A DNA stretch of 64,000 bases from Callorhinchus milii (GCF_018977255.1 NW_024704834.1:62001-126000), one strand, 5' to 3'. Numbered from the stretch's first letter, positions 1 through 14,400 are shown. Translations and numbers: made by a program. The notes: generated by a model not told the origin, from the letters alone.

Positions 1-240
1 ATGACCTCCTCGCACATGGCGGTCGATGTGAAGATTGTGAAGGCCTGAGGGAGCGAGCGGAGGAGGTAATGGGTAGTGGAAAAAAAGGCCTTTAGAATAG
101 TTTTTCTGTCTCCAGGATGATGTTGGAGAAGAAGGCCGTTTTCGCACGCGTCAAAGAGAGTCTGCAGCTGTGGAGATGCTCGAGCCACAGTTGGTGATGA
201 CCTGTCAGGCCAGTTTTTGCCATCTGCGCTCGAGCAGCCG
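1..240 (-). mobile_element. LINE2 ORF2 fragment
   Basis: Minus translation LERRW..TGLTGHHQLWLEHL...AKTAFFSNII resembles L2 ORF2 between endonuclease and RT. Confidence 0.65.
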
Positions 241-252
241 GGATTGAACAAC

Positions 253-622
253 CCAACATCACTGCCTTCTAATCCACATCATTACCCTCTACCCCATAGC
301 ATTGCCCTCTACTCCACATCACTGCCCTCTAATCCACATCATTACCCTCTACCCCAAATCATTGCCCTCTACTCCACATCACTACACTCTACCCCACATC
401 ATTGCACTCTAATCCATATCACTGTGCTCTACCCCACATCTCTACACTCTACCCCACATAACTGCCCTCTAATCCACATCACTACCCTCTAACCCACATC
501 ACTTCCCTCTTCCCCACATCACCGCCCTCTACCCCACATCACTGCCCTCTGCTACACATCACTGGCCTCTACCCCACATCACTGCACTCTACCCCACATC
601 ACTGCCCTCTACCTCACACCTC
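253..622. repeat. 20-bp minisatellite (CATCACTGCCCTCTACCCCA)n, ~18 copies
   Basis: Direct periodicity visible. Confidence 0.9.
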
Positions 623-2249
623 TTCAGTGATCCAGGCTGTATTTCGTGAGAATCACACCGAATTTCAGATCACGAACCTGTTAATTCTTCTGCAACTATT
701 GTGGTCAGGGACAGACAGATGTAAGTGGTTTGTGTGTTCTGCACTTGAAAACAATGACAAACAACTGGGCGGTTACATGACCATTTGATATTTATTGAAG
801 TCTATTTGATTTTAACTCACCATTTACAATCTGTTTGTTAATTAGATAAACAGTCAAGAGCAGATATCTCTCTTGTGACACATGGTGGGTGCTGTCATAA
901 CATCAATTCTCTTTTGTTTGCTCTTGTACTTTTACCATTATTTCCAAAACTAATACTCGCCGTGGTTTACAGAATCAACATAGACCTTTCTGGTTCCGAT
1001 ACAAGTTTCATCTGAAACTGGATCTATTTTTAACCAACTGACCAATGACTCATTTTAGGAGATAAAATAACATGATTGATATAATTCAACAAAAATAACT
1101 AAACAATTATGTCCAGTTATCTTATAATTTTATCACCATAAATGTTTTAAAATGACGAGAAAAGAAAAAAAATTCTTAAGCGCTATTGCAGTGTAGAATC
1201 GTAAGCATAAAAGTAAATTCAAAACAAATTAGAAAAGGATAAAAAATACAAACCATTTTCTGTGTAATATGATAACACTAGCGAAGGCGTCAGTTTACTG
1301 CAATGTTTAGAATATGCATTATATTCACCCTGAAATGCAAACAAATCATTCTGAAAATCACAGAATAATGTTTTACACAGAACACACATGGAAACTTGCT
1401 ATCACAGAAAGATGTGACACGGTTTCATATTAATCGCGTTGGTAAGTTGGTGGAACGTGTATATTCATTTTATCCACTGGTTTTCTATCTAAAGATAATC
1501 AGTAATTATTGGTGATGAAATTTCGGTTGAATGGCTCTGTAAAATAGACAATAAAAGATATTATTTGAAGGAAATAAGTTTATTCTCATCAATAACATAA
1601 TATTGATCCATTTATAACAACCTAAAGTACAGCACATTGGCTATGACAATCTCTGGGGCTGTTACTTGGGTTTCATTCACCGGCTGCTGTTTGAGAGATT
1701 GTTTCCAACTGTTTTAGTTAATGTTTCTGCCATTTGATACCACATTTACAAAGGAAGAAGGACTTTTTACGCTCAAATAGCAGAATGTGAAATTAAATTT
1801 TGATTCAGGAAAATAAATTAAAAGTTCTGCGAGTGAAGTATAGGAACAATAATCTCTGAGTCAAATAAAGAAAATAATTTACAACAGTTTGGAATGGTAA
1901 ATATAAACTAACGTTTTAGTCGCATCCAACCATGGATCACATCACTGTGAAGTTGCTGACAAGAAGTTTTTAATTTTAGTTCATCATCAATTGGCGTGAA
2001 TACATGTTTGACAGCTGCACATGATCACTGCCATTCTGTCTAATATCAGCCTCAGGTCAGGATTGTGAATTATTAAAATCACTGACCGGTACTGGTCAAG
2101 ATGTATAACCATTACAATCACCTGTAACTGTGACTACTAGTACACAGGTCACCAGGACGATAATATTAATCATTGGCGGCTTTCTATGATGTAAATAATG
2201 CTGTAAATCATGAAGACCTCAACTCACCTGTTTGATGTGGATGTTGCGA

Positions 2250-2407
2250 TCAGACGGTGCAGAGCTCAGGAGATTCCCTTTGATTCCCAATGGGAAGCTG
2301 TCGGTTCTTCTCGGTGTTATTTTCACAGTCTATATCATCATAATCATAATCACACTGACTGGAGTCAACAGGAAACAGCGGGTCACTGTCTGTGTGGTGT
2401 CCACCCT
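2250..2407 (-). CDS. Last coding exon with DYDDI motif and stop
   Basis: [29 protein letters not shown]...ELCTV*; ctctacag acceptor. Confidence 0.78.
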
Positions 2408-5400
2408 CTGTAGAGAGAACCATCATTTATTTACACGCCTAATAATAATCCCTCCAAAACCAAAAATAATAATAAAAATTGGTCATTTTCAATCTACGAC
2501 TGTTTGTGGGACATTGCTGTGCGCAATCGGCTGCAGCGTTCGCCCACAAATATACAGTCAATTCACTTTACAGTGTGTTCTGTGAAACGCTCTGGGACGT
2601 CGTCCCCACGTGAAAAGCGCTATATCAAATGCAAGGATTATTATTATTATTATTACCGATTATTTCAAGATCAGAGACACTGTGTGGGTTTGTGTTTGTC
2701 TGCGTGCTTTGTGTCTGTCTGTATGTGTGTGTGTCTGTGCGATTGTCCATATGTGTAAGTCTGTGAATGTCTGACTGTGTTTGTTGAGTTGTCTGTGTGT
2801 GTCTCTGCGTGCGAGTGTGTGTGTGTGTGAGAGAAAGAGAGAGAGAGAGAGAAATACAGACTGGAAAGAAAACCATCTTGTATTTTTGACTGTGTGGTTT
2901 AACTCCATCGCTGTAATCAAAATATCGTCACTTGAAGGGTTGGGTGTTCAAGATAGAATTCCTCCTCACTTTTTAAATTTTAATGGGATGAGTAATTTTT
3001 GAACATTCATTTAAATAATTCATGATAGTGTTGTAAACGATTATTTCCTTTACAACATCTAGGTTGTTATTAACATGACGCAGAAACAAGGATAACTGCG
3101 TTAATCGATCAGTCCAGCACCATTTTATTCGTGCAGTTATTGACACTACACGGAGCACCATTCTGTATGTGCAATTATTGGCATTACAGAGCGCCTCGGA
3201 GATGAATTCATCAAACTCTGAAAAATCCGTTTCAGATTGCACATCGACCCGTAATTATTCTGATTTTAGATATCACAGCCAAGGCCAAATATCTCCAGCT
3301 GCCCGATTACCAAGCCCTTGCTGCAAACACGTACCAACTCGCCTACACATACAGTCACTACACATTGAAGCCTATCCGAGACATCCTGACTTGAAAAGCA
3401 CTGCACAATTGTGATTCCTGTTGTCTTTATGCCATTACATTTCTGTATGGAATGGAAGATTGATGATAATTGCGACTGTGATGATGATTTTTACTCCCAG
3501 GTGTGTTGCTGATTAAATATCTCCCGCAGTAAGTTAAGACATGACAGTTCGGCTGTTACCCTGACAGAGCGAGGCTTCCGGGACAGTGTGACTGGTCAGT
3601 GCGGGGACATCAGGGTGTGTGTCAGTGACCAGGAGGAGGCCACTTTCCGCCATCTGGAAGGATCCCCTCTCAGCGTCGTCGTAATCTTCCTGAAGATGAT
3701 CTGTTAACAGGGAGTCAGTCTTACGCACTCAAACATTCAGATGGAAAAAGGAGGCAGATATCATAATAATATACAGCACAGAAGGAGGCCATTCAGTCCA
3801 TCTATTGAAAGAGCGACCAAAATTACTCCAACTCCTCCGCGCTCTCCCCACAGCCCTGCAACATTGTCTTCCACAAATGTCTATCCATATCCACCCAAAT
3901 TTGGACACAGTGGTGCTCAAGGTGTCTTATGCCTGAACTACTGAAAAATCCTGAATTTCTTTTTAGATACTTTATCTGAAGATTAAAGCTTGACTTCCAG
4001 TGACAACTGGATAAATTGAGAGCTCTTTAGCCTCTGGGTCGGAAGGTTCTGATTGCAATCCACTCGGGGACTAAGATCACACTCTGGATAACACTCCACG
4101 GCAGTGCAGTGCGTTGAGCTCCGTTTGGATGTTCAGCTGGTATTTAAATATTGCAAATCTCAAAAGGGAAATAGTTCTTAAACCGGAGGTTTGCCCCACA
4201 TTCCTCCTGATTACTGTGCATATTTTGCGCACAAATTGCCTTTCCAGTTCACCAAGAGATATACAATCACTAAAAATCACTGTAAACATATGTGAAGTGC
4301 TTTGAAACGTCTCGTCGAATTGATCAGAGGCTGTATCACATACAATAATTATTCCGCACACTCACCATCGCCATTCGGAAGATACACCTCAGCGTTTTCT
4401 TGTTCTGCATCAGATCCATTCACACTCTCCCCAGTGTAGTACTCCAGTTTACTGATAGAATCGTTGGATCCTGAAACTGAGCAAATAATGTCATTACTGT
4501 CCAGTTACGGAATTTCTTAGAGTCTAATTCTATACCTATATCAAAATACAGAAAGATACCAAAATATGAGATTTTTTTCCAAAAATCGTGGATCACTTTT
4601 CATGAATGAATATATGGTAAACCGCTCAGCAATGTAATGTAGGTCAAATGTTGGTTAAATATTATTAACATGATCTTGGAATACTGCTTCTGTTCAGGCT
4701 AAAGATTACATTTGGCAACAAGGTATGATTTTAGATATTCGTTTGGACTACAGAACCACAATAAGCATCGCTTATATTAATTTCTGTAGGATTCGTTTTG
4801 GTGAAGTAATAAAGCCCACTATCTAACAGTTATTTTACTGTATATTAAATTAACTTATAACTAAGTTCGATTGGTCAATGCTGAAATCATCGGTGATAAT
4901 ATTTGAAAATTGAAAGACCGAACAAATTGAAGTATTGAGTAGGTTTCATCTCTATTAAGTGGGTAAATTGATACAAGGCAACAAGATGTGGCTTTTTCAG
5001 TTCTCTGAATAAAAGCTTGAAATCCTATCCACAGCGCATTCAATCATTTGCATTTGCTACCAATCGGGATACTAATGTTGATGCTTTTTGTACAATGATG
5101 CGGATACAATAACCATGATTGTAAAGTATGTACCAGAGGAGCCAGACTCAAACTTTCTTCTTCTGATCGGCCGTTCCTCAATTTCTTCATAAACTGCTTG
5201 ATACAAACGAACAGACGGATACTTTTCGTCTGTTGGAAGTTGACATGTACAGAAATTAAAATATTAACCTGAAATTGCACAATGGAGTTTGAAACTGATG
5301 TGTAAATATTTGGAACATGTTACGTTAGTATTATTATTTGAAAATATCAATATATCATCGTCACTATTGCCTCATTATTCATCAGTGTACTTGTTTTCGT

Positions 5401-8400
5401 AAGTATTTGTTTCAATCGGTAAATATGACTGTGCATTTGTATTTAGGTACCTACAAATATCTACTTAGCTCTGTGTGTTGGTGTATTAATACAACTGTGT
5501 ATTTGTGATGCTTTGGGTATCTAAGTTTTTGTGTCAGTTTAACTGCTCTTTTTTNGTATCCTTTATGAAAAATATGTTATTGCGCTCAGTTTACGTTGAG
5601 GCCTAATTGTGTCTGCTGGTTTCTTTATGCATCTGTGGTTGTGTTTGAGCTACGCATTTGAACGCAAATGTTTTTAATTTTAGTTTGTGCAACTTAACAG
5701 ATACATGTGAACACAGCAATGAAATCGAGACGGTAAAAACAGGTAAGAGTATTAAGTTAACAAAAGAGACACGTGTATCAACAGGATTTTATCTGAATTG
5801 ATAGAGAAGCTCCAGGCAGTGCTGTGAGTTCAGAATCCAGTCTCACCTCTTCCTGAAGAATTACTGTCCATCCGTACAATCAGTGCAAAGAGTACCACCG
5901 CTAACAGGATTCCAAGGACGATGCAGACCACGAAAGGTATGTTGATCAGCTGGACTTTGCAAGTCAAAGACATAACATTTGTTATTTTATTGTTGTACAA
6001 CATGTGATAGTCACACTTTCGAAACTATAAAGATAAATGCTTCACACTAAACTGAACGATAACTGAAGCAAATTATTGCACGGTGTATGATATGTTGCAC
6101 AGTGTATTCAGAATAATGCCCAAACTATCTGACAAATTGTGCTGATGCAGCTCTTTTCCTGAAGTTAAACGTCTGTTAATTTCTAAAATGTAGTTATACA
6201 GTCTGTTCATTTCTCAACTGTTGACTACTGAAAGGTTATTTGACAAATACACTGGTTTAGATATATAATTTTTTTTTACGAATGAATGGCAATACCTGGT
6301 GCTAATATATAGGAAAGCTAAGCAATGTGTCAGTAAGAAGTCAAGTAATTATGTTATTTACCAAAGGATGGGGTTGGGATTGGTTGTCTGGGAGGTTTAC
6401 CTGTAAAACATCACATACACCATTAATCCTTAACAATTCAATTTCTGGCTTGAAATGAAATGAGAATTAATCTGCTTTTGTTGAGAATAATTTTAAAAAA
6501 CTCAAATTTGTCGATAAACATTGAGTGACCGGATCCCTACCGGAGCAAACCACACCGGCGTCTTCTTTGTGAACGCAGTCGCTGCGACCCGCGGATGCGG
6601 AGACACAATCCCACAGAAAGGATTCGCTTCCTCTGCAGTGAAGCTCGTCCAGCCATATCTGACCAGCGCCTTGTCCGAACCCCGCCTGTCCCACAGCCCG
6701 CAGGGCCGGGCCGCAGTCCAGCTGTCCGCACACCACACTGGCCTCTCGGATATCCCAGGAGTCGTCACACACCGTCCCCCACGTGTTATTGCTCAGTATC
6801 TCAACCCTCCCCGAGCAATCGCTGCTTCCTCCAACCAACCGCAACACCTGTCCTGAATACACAATATTCATAACACCACTGTCAATTACTCACACAATAA
6901 AATACGCATTGTTCCGTATTATTATCAACAACCCCAACCTCTTCCTTTGGTAAATATTCATCGCAGTAACTATGATTTATGGTATCAGCTTAGTAACAGA
7001 GTCCAGTAGCTCAGTGGTTAGAGCACTCGCTTTGCAAGCGAGAGACTTGAGTTCAATTCCAGGCAGAGGGCGAAACCTTGGGCAAGTTTCCTTACTCCAC
7101 ACAGAGCCTAATAATAATCCATTCAAAACCAAAGCGATAAAAAAATTGGTCATTTTCAATCTGCGACTGTTTGTTGGACATTGCTGTGCGCAATTGGCTG
7201 CCGCGTTCGCCCACAAATATACAGTCAATTCACTTTACAGTGTGTTTGTGAAGCTCTTTGGGACGTCCACCCGACGTGAAAAGCGCTATACTAAAATGCA
7301 ATGATTATTATTATTATTATTCCAAATCAATAAGCCTTCACCTTCGATAGTAATAATAACAATTTGATCGCGCATTCCACGACTGCTTTTGGGACATTGC
7401 TGCGCGAAATTCGATGAAAACAAAAATATATATATGTATTCCTCATTTCAATCCATGACTGTTTGTGAGATATTGAAGTGCATTATTGATTGCCGCGTTT
7501 CGCTCTCGAATATACAGTCATTCACTTTGCGGTTTATTGTGAGAAGCGCTTTTGCTTGTTTCGAAGACGTGAAAATTGCCGTATCTAATGCAAAGATTAT
7601 TACTATTATTATTAGTAGGCAGTCGATGCACCTTAATTTAGGTACTGTGAAACGCTTTTAGAAATACTCCTGATCTGGATGTTTTGATGTCAAATATAAG
7701 TACTACTAATTGGTTTATTTTCCATTCAGTACCTGATAAATGATGCTGATCAGGTGAGCTTCCAGGGCACTGTTTCGCACCATCCTTTTTTTTCGGAGAT
7801 TTCTCTGCATGAAATATATATTTAGAATTAAATTATTTCGAATATAAACGTAATAAATATTACCTCCGAAATGTGCATTTAGGAGCATGTTGTTACCTGA
7901 ACAAATTACACCCACATCTTCCCGATGATCACAGTTATGTTCACCCCAAGGTGGCGACGAACACTGCCACAAGAAGGATTCATTTGAGTTACACGCTATG
8001 TCATCCAACCAAATAGGTCCAGATCCTTCGCCAAATTTACCAGCATCATCAACTTCCAGAGCTCGGCCACAATCTAACTGTTTGCAGATCACCTCAGCAG
8101 CCTCGAGTCCCATCAATTCAATTCCCATGACGTCCGAGCAGACTGTGCCCCAGGTCTCATTGTAAAACACTTCCACTCTCCCCTCACAGGAGTGTTGTCC
8201 ATTGACCAGCCGCAGCATCTTGTGCTCTGTGGACCAATATTGACTTTTATCATTAATATTTTCGATTCAGTTGACCTGAGGTATCCTCTCTTTTTCAGAC
8301 TCCGCCACTGTAAAGCATTCCAGGACGACACCACATGGGATGACGCTATATAGTGGTAAATATTTGTTGTGGCTCTACACATTTTATTTCGTGTGGAGCA

Positions 8401-11400
8401 GCGTTTTTTGCATAATATGTATTATTTATGCTGGAACAAGTTAGTATAATTTGTCACATTACAATAGTCCTTTCCAATATTATCAGTTGAGAATAATCCT
8501 TATATCTGATAACAAAAAGCAATGGAGTTGATACCTCTCAACCGAACCATAGCTAATATACTTTTTGCAGGGATTTTTTTTCTGTGGTGAGGGAATATGT
8601 AGTCATATTCTGCAATGCAATCTCCCAGAATCAAATCGCCATGTATGCTCTGGAGGAGTATTGGCCAATATATGAGGATGAACTCTATTGTGACCTGAAC
8701 AAGTAGTGATAGCCTCGAGAGGATTTCCTCCTGTACGAAATTGTCAGTCTTTACCTTGATTACCCTATGTGGGTGAACCCCACTTACATCTGACTCATCG
8801 GTTAGAGCGCTGATAACAGAACCAGACTGATATGCTATCAGTAGAGTGTGATGGTGAAACACAAGGTGTTGTCATCTCTTACCTGAACACACAATGCTCA
8901 CATCTTCTTTATGACCACAGTCATGCTGCCCCCATTCAGACGAGGCACATTCCGAGAGAGCTGATTCCTTTCCTGAGCATCTCACCTCATCCAACCAAAC
9001 TTGTCCTGAGGCGCTCCCACAAGGGGCAGCAGATATTGCATCAACTGCAGATCCACATCCGAGCTGTTTACAAACAACATCCGCCTCACGTGATCCCCAG
9101 GAGTCATCACACACCGTCCCCCAGGTTTCATTGTAGTAAATCTCCACTCTCCCAGCACACGAACTCCCACGGTCCATCAGTCTGATGTGAGTATCCTCTG
9201 TTGAGCATCAACAACATTATATTTAATGACAGCATGCATCAGGCTGATCTGATCAACTTCTGTTGGTAATGAACAAAATTTATTTCACGATATAGCATGC
9301 AGCATTTTATGGAGTATAAAATAATGATCAAGTGAGTCGAGGAAAGATGTGCTGAGTAGCTAATAATACAGCAAATTATCAGTCAACTGCCACATCTTCT
9401 TCATTCAAGTATAACGTGGCTCTACCATCGCACATTGCACACAAACAACCTAAGAATAGAAAATTCTCAAATGCAAATTACAGTTAAATAACTACCATAT
9501 TAACCCTTGTGTTTGACGTAACAGCTTAACACATGTTCCAAACGTCTCAAAACGCTTTAAGGTATATCATTTAATGAGGTTTGCATGCATTTTTTGTGAA
9601 CGACATGCGGGAACCAATTGCACACAACGGTGTTCCACAGAGAGTCGTGTATTGAGTGATCAAATTATTATTATATTACTTACTTATTTATTGGAGAGTT
9701 TATCCCCCCCCTCCCCCAAAATGCCACCAGGCCATCGAGTACCATTCCACTATAAGTTAAAATCTCGCGGTGAAATTTATAATATTGATAATCATTCACT
9801 CACTTGAACACTGAACTCCAACATCACACATGTCCTCAGTTGATTGGTTTCGCCTGGACGGTTTGCACTTCAAAAGATTCGTCTCATTTCCTTGACAGTG
9901 AACATCCTTCAGCCATGGGGACCGTTCACCTTCTCTGTACACTGTGGAGTTATAGGATCTTATGGCAGGACCACAGCCCATCTGTCTGCAAACCACATTC
10001 GCGTCATTTAAATCCCAGAACTGATCCCGCACTCTCCTCCAGTCTCCATGGCGGTAAACCTCCACTGTTCCAGAGCAGGAACTGCCATCATCCACCAGTC
10101 TGAGCTGTTTGTGATCTGTTTCAAAGTTAAGTAAAACTACAGGTTTCCGATTGGGAAAACTTATCGTTTGCGTTTCAGTATTTTGCTTGAAATGAAAAGT
10201 TATTCAATCTGTTGAGTGTGAATGAACCTTCATTCTTTATTAACCGCCATTTTCTTGGCACAGCACATTAAGCACAACACATGTGGAATCATTCAATGAT
10301 ATGGGGCGTTTCTACATCATTGGATGAACAAAAACTCCCAAAAGGAAGGAATGTTGTAAGATATTTCACAAAGCGATATTGAAATTTCCATTGATTTTTA
10401 TTATTTATCACTAAAGTGCACTCACCCGAACAAAGAACTCCCACATCCCGGCTGGTCCTGGAGGATGAAGCCACTGTGGAATATGGGCAGTTCCAGATGT
10501 GTGTCTCGGTTCCCGCGCACTGAACATTATTGATCCACACAGGTCCACTGCCTTCCCCGTATTGGGAAGAGTTGTAGACTGAAACAGCAGAGCCACAGTT
10601 CAACTGTCGGCAGATGACATCGGCATCCGATATATTCCAGGAATCGTCCAGCAATCTGCCCCATGTGCCGTTATGATAAATCTCCACTCGCCCATCACAG
10701 CGGCTCCCACCGCTCTCTAACCGTAAGTGCCACTGCTTACCTGCAACGATTACAATCAATACATTCACAATGAAAACGTGTGAGAGCTGAAATGAAGATA
10801 AACATAGCTTTATCGAATTACAAACTGACAGTTCCAAAGTTACAATGTACCTGATAGTGTCCTACAAAGCTCTATGATGATGCAGAAAATATAACTATTC
10901 GTAGACTGCCATGTTAGCAATGACTAAATTTACACATATATTTTGCCCACCAGCCCAGTAACCCAGTGTAATGCACAAAATAGTATATGACGACAAGAAC
11001 CGTTAACTATACGGATAATTGGAAAAACTGATTGCAATTGTAGAAGTAAAGCATTATCGACACAGCCTGAAAACCGGAGGGTGTTCCTCATCAGCACAGC
11101 GCTACAATATGGGAGTGAGAGGTAACCGCTGTGGCTCTGGAATCTACGCTACTCCGCTCTCGTTGCGAATAATACAATTAATGTGTTTTTACAGATTCAA
11201 GCTTTACTGGTTTATTTTGAAAATCCAAGGAAGACAGGAATTTGTTTTTTTTGCTGAGTTTTAGCGTTTCAGATTGTTCTCATCTCTGATAACTAATGAA
11301 AACTCATCACAAATGTTACTTTTATATTATATCAAATTCTCCAAAGCAGACAGCGTGTTATTTTCGAAAAAAAAGGTGGCTTCGGTTAGAAAGAGTATGT

Positions 11401-14400
11401 CTCAGCTGTTTTGTGGATAATGATTATTTTGCTTAAAAAATATACAGTGACTACACTTTACATTATACTCTTTCAAGCATTTTGAGTCGCCTCAATGACG
11501 TGGTAAGGAATTATCTCAAATGTAAGGATTATTACTATTTCACTCACCCGAACATACAACAGAAACGTCATTGTTATGTGTGCAGCTGAAGATGTCCCAG
11601 AATGACACAGGACATTCCAACACTCGGGACTCGTTACCAAGACAGTTGAAGTTAGTTTTCCAGATAAGACCTGTTTCATTTCCAAACTGTGCTCCAGGAC
11701 CAGATGACAAAGCGAAACCACAATCCAATTGCCTACACAGCACATCGGCGTCCTGTAAATCCCAATAATAATCGCAGATGGTTCCTGATCTGTAATATCG
11801 CTGCAACTCAACTCTGCCAGAACAGCTGTTATTTCCACCGATTAATCTTATTGAATGATGCTCTGTAATCGAAGAATCAAATTAATATGAATTATTAATA
11901 ACAAAATGAATCCCGATAAGCAATTAATAATTGACAGAATCATTATTTGTGGAAAGCGAACAGGCGAAAACTGAAACAATGAACAGAAATGTAGAGTCGG
12001 CAATCTACGTGTAGTTTCGTGCCAGGGGACTCAGACAGTGTTGAGTAATATGAATATATCTCCAAGTATTTTGTGCGTTTTGAAAACAACACAATATACG
12101 AATATTTCGCAGCTCAAACGTTAGAATGACGTCCCAACATATTTAATAGTACCAGTTCTGTGCGCCTCTGAGAGGATGAGGACTGGAATGACAGCGCTTG
12201 CTGTGAATAGGGGAGTCTGAGAGGGTGAACAGTGACAGTAACTGCTGTGTAAACGATAAGAGGATGAGTAGGGGAATGACAATAAGCTGTGTTATGGTGG
12301 TCTGAGAGTGTAAGGAGCGACAGAAGGATGTGATCAAGAATGCTGAAACACGAGTTGTTTTCTTTGCACAGTGGTGTGTGCTGGTGCAGTCGCCCATCCC
12401 GATTTTCACCAGTGGCTTTTTATTTAAAAAGTACTCTGAAAATCAAATATTAGAGCACAATCTTTTTCTTAATGCTGCAACATGTGTTGACAATTTAGCG
12501 AAGGCTGTACCTGAACAGAAAACGCCAGCGTCTCTCTGGTGCCCGCAGTCAGGTCGACCAATAACATTCCCCGATCCTTCCCCAAAGTGAGCGTCGCCGA
12601 ATACAAATGCAGCAAATCCACATCCCAAATGTTTACAAATCTCTTCTGCCATCTCTTGGCTCAGTTGATTCCCACAAACTGTCCCCCAAGCGACCTTATT
12701 GTACAATTCCACTCTTCCCGCACAGTGGCTGCTTCCATTCACCAATCTGGGGATCTTACCTCCTGCCAATTATATCAGATTGACCATCCTCAGGGATGTT
12801 ATACATTTTCACTGCAATAAAACAATAACTACAACTTGCATTTATATCGCCGACATAATGATATAGCGCCCCACACCTAGAGGAGTGGGCAAGAGCGCTT
12901 ATCAAGTCCGTATAATCGCAAATTGTGGGCGTGTGGCATTGGGTTTTCCATGGTCAACAGCAGATATGCATGGAATGACAGGTACGGGAAAAGTGTCTCA
13001 GAAGACAAAAGAACTCTGCATATATTACTTCGAAATATATATATGATTAAAACATTCGTAATGCATCTGTTTTCGGATGGTGACGGGGAAACACGTCCTG
13101 CGGGAGGAAATGATCTGTCGATGGTGGGCATTCAGCTGGAAAATTCGGCTCGAAAAGAAATGTAGCCATCAAGTCTGTGTACGAGGACCTGCATTAAGTT
13201 TTTCGCTTTTTTGGGGAAGAGCTTGTTGAGACAAGCGATTTATGTGTTATGGTAGAAGCCAGCGCTGAAGAGATGTTTGTAGGAATCAAAAGGAAAGGTC
13301 TCGATTTCGTAATACAAAAATGAAAAAGATTAATGCTCATCAACACTGTCTATCTACGCATTCGCTTGTGGCAGCATCTTGGAATGATGAGGATTTAAAA
13401 TTCACGGATAATTCCTGATAAAAGGCCTTTCGCTTCTGTGTGACATCTAATAGCACTGTTCAGGGTTCATTATCAAATTCAATGATACTTTATTGAAGAG
13501 CATTTTTGCCCAAATTTCAAAATATGTCACCAATAAGGCTACAAGGAGGGGTTGGGGCACTGAGGAGAACAGCATGACCTTAAGCGTCAGGAGGAAAAGC
13601 CGTTTGAGTTCAGATAATAAACACATATTATCCAGCACATAGTTACATAAAGTTTGAAAATTAATTTGTTTACCTTTTGCAACTGTAATTTCACACTATA
13701 AACATCCTCAAAGTTGATGTCGCGCCATTTACGACAGGAGGATGTCTCAAACCTTTTCACAAGGTGTGCTATCAAGTTTAGTGACTACATATATTCTAAG
13801 GCAGCTCGGGAATGGTAAAACTTGTTTCAATTAAAACAACAATTTGTAATTGTGTAACTTGTCTCGGACCGGTTAACAGTGGCTGACGCCGAATTGGGGG
13901 CGTGGGAGAGGGGGGAGTGGGTGGAGGGGAAGGTGGGGTGGGGTTACATTGTGATTTCCCAAAGGAGAGATTTTATAGTACTAACCTGTCATAATGTGGA
14001 ATACAATCTCTATCAGAGTTTCTCAAACTGTGGTTTAACGAAAATACGAGGATTGAAAAAATTGATGAAATTTTTACCTGAACAGATGACGCCGGCATCG
14101 TAGGAGTGTGACCAGGAATAGTGACCCCAGGACCATGAGCGACAACCCCTCAGAGTAGACTCACTCCCGCTGCACTGAACGTCAGCTGTCACAAGGCGAC
14201 CTGAGCCTTCTCCAAAGTGAGCGCCACCTGATGCTGACAGCGCGTCTCCACAGCCCAACTCCTTACACACTACAGCCGCGTCCAACATATCCCAACCATA
14301 GCCATACACTGTGCCCCACTGTCCATCGTGGTAGACCTCCACTCTCCCGGCACACGGGCTCCCGCCATTCGCCAGCCTCAAATGATCTGCAAATAACATC

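Noticed and set aside
253-622. Regular short repeats as a CRISPR-like array, or the His/Pro-rich ORF 217..492
   Set aside because: Head-to-tail minisatellite without unique spacers in vertebrate DNA; the ORF is a repeat artefact
6998-7070. tRNA-Ala(TGC)-like sequences (also 16758, 25673, 47406, 60836)
   Set aside because: They are SINE heads continuing into a shared body and (ATT)n tail, not tRNA genes
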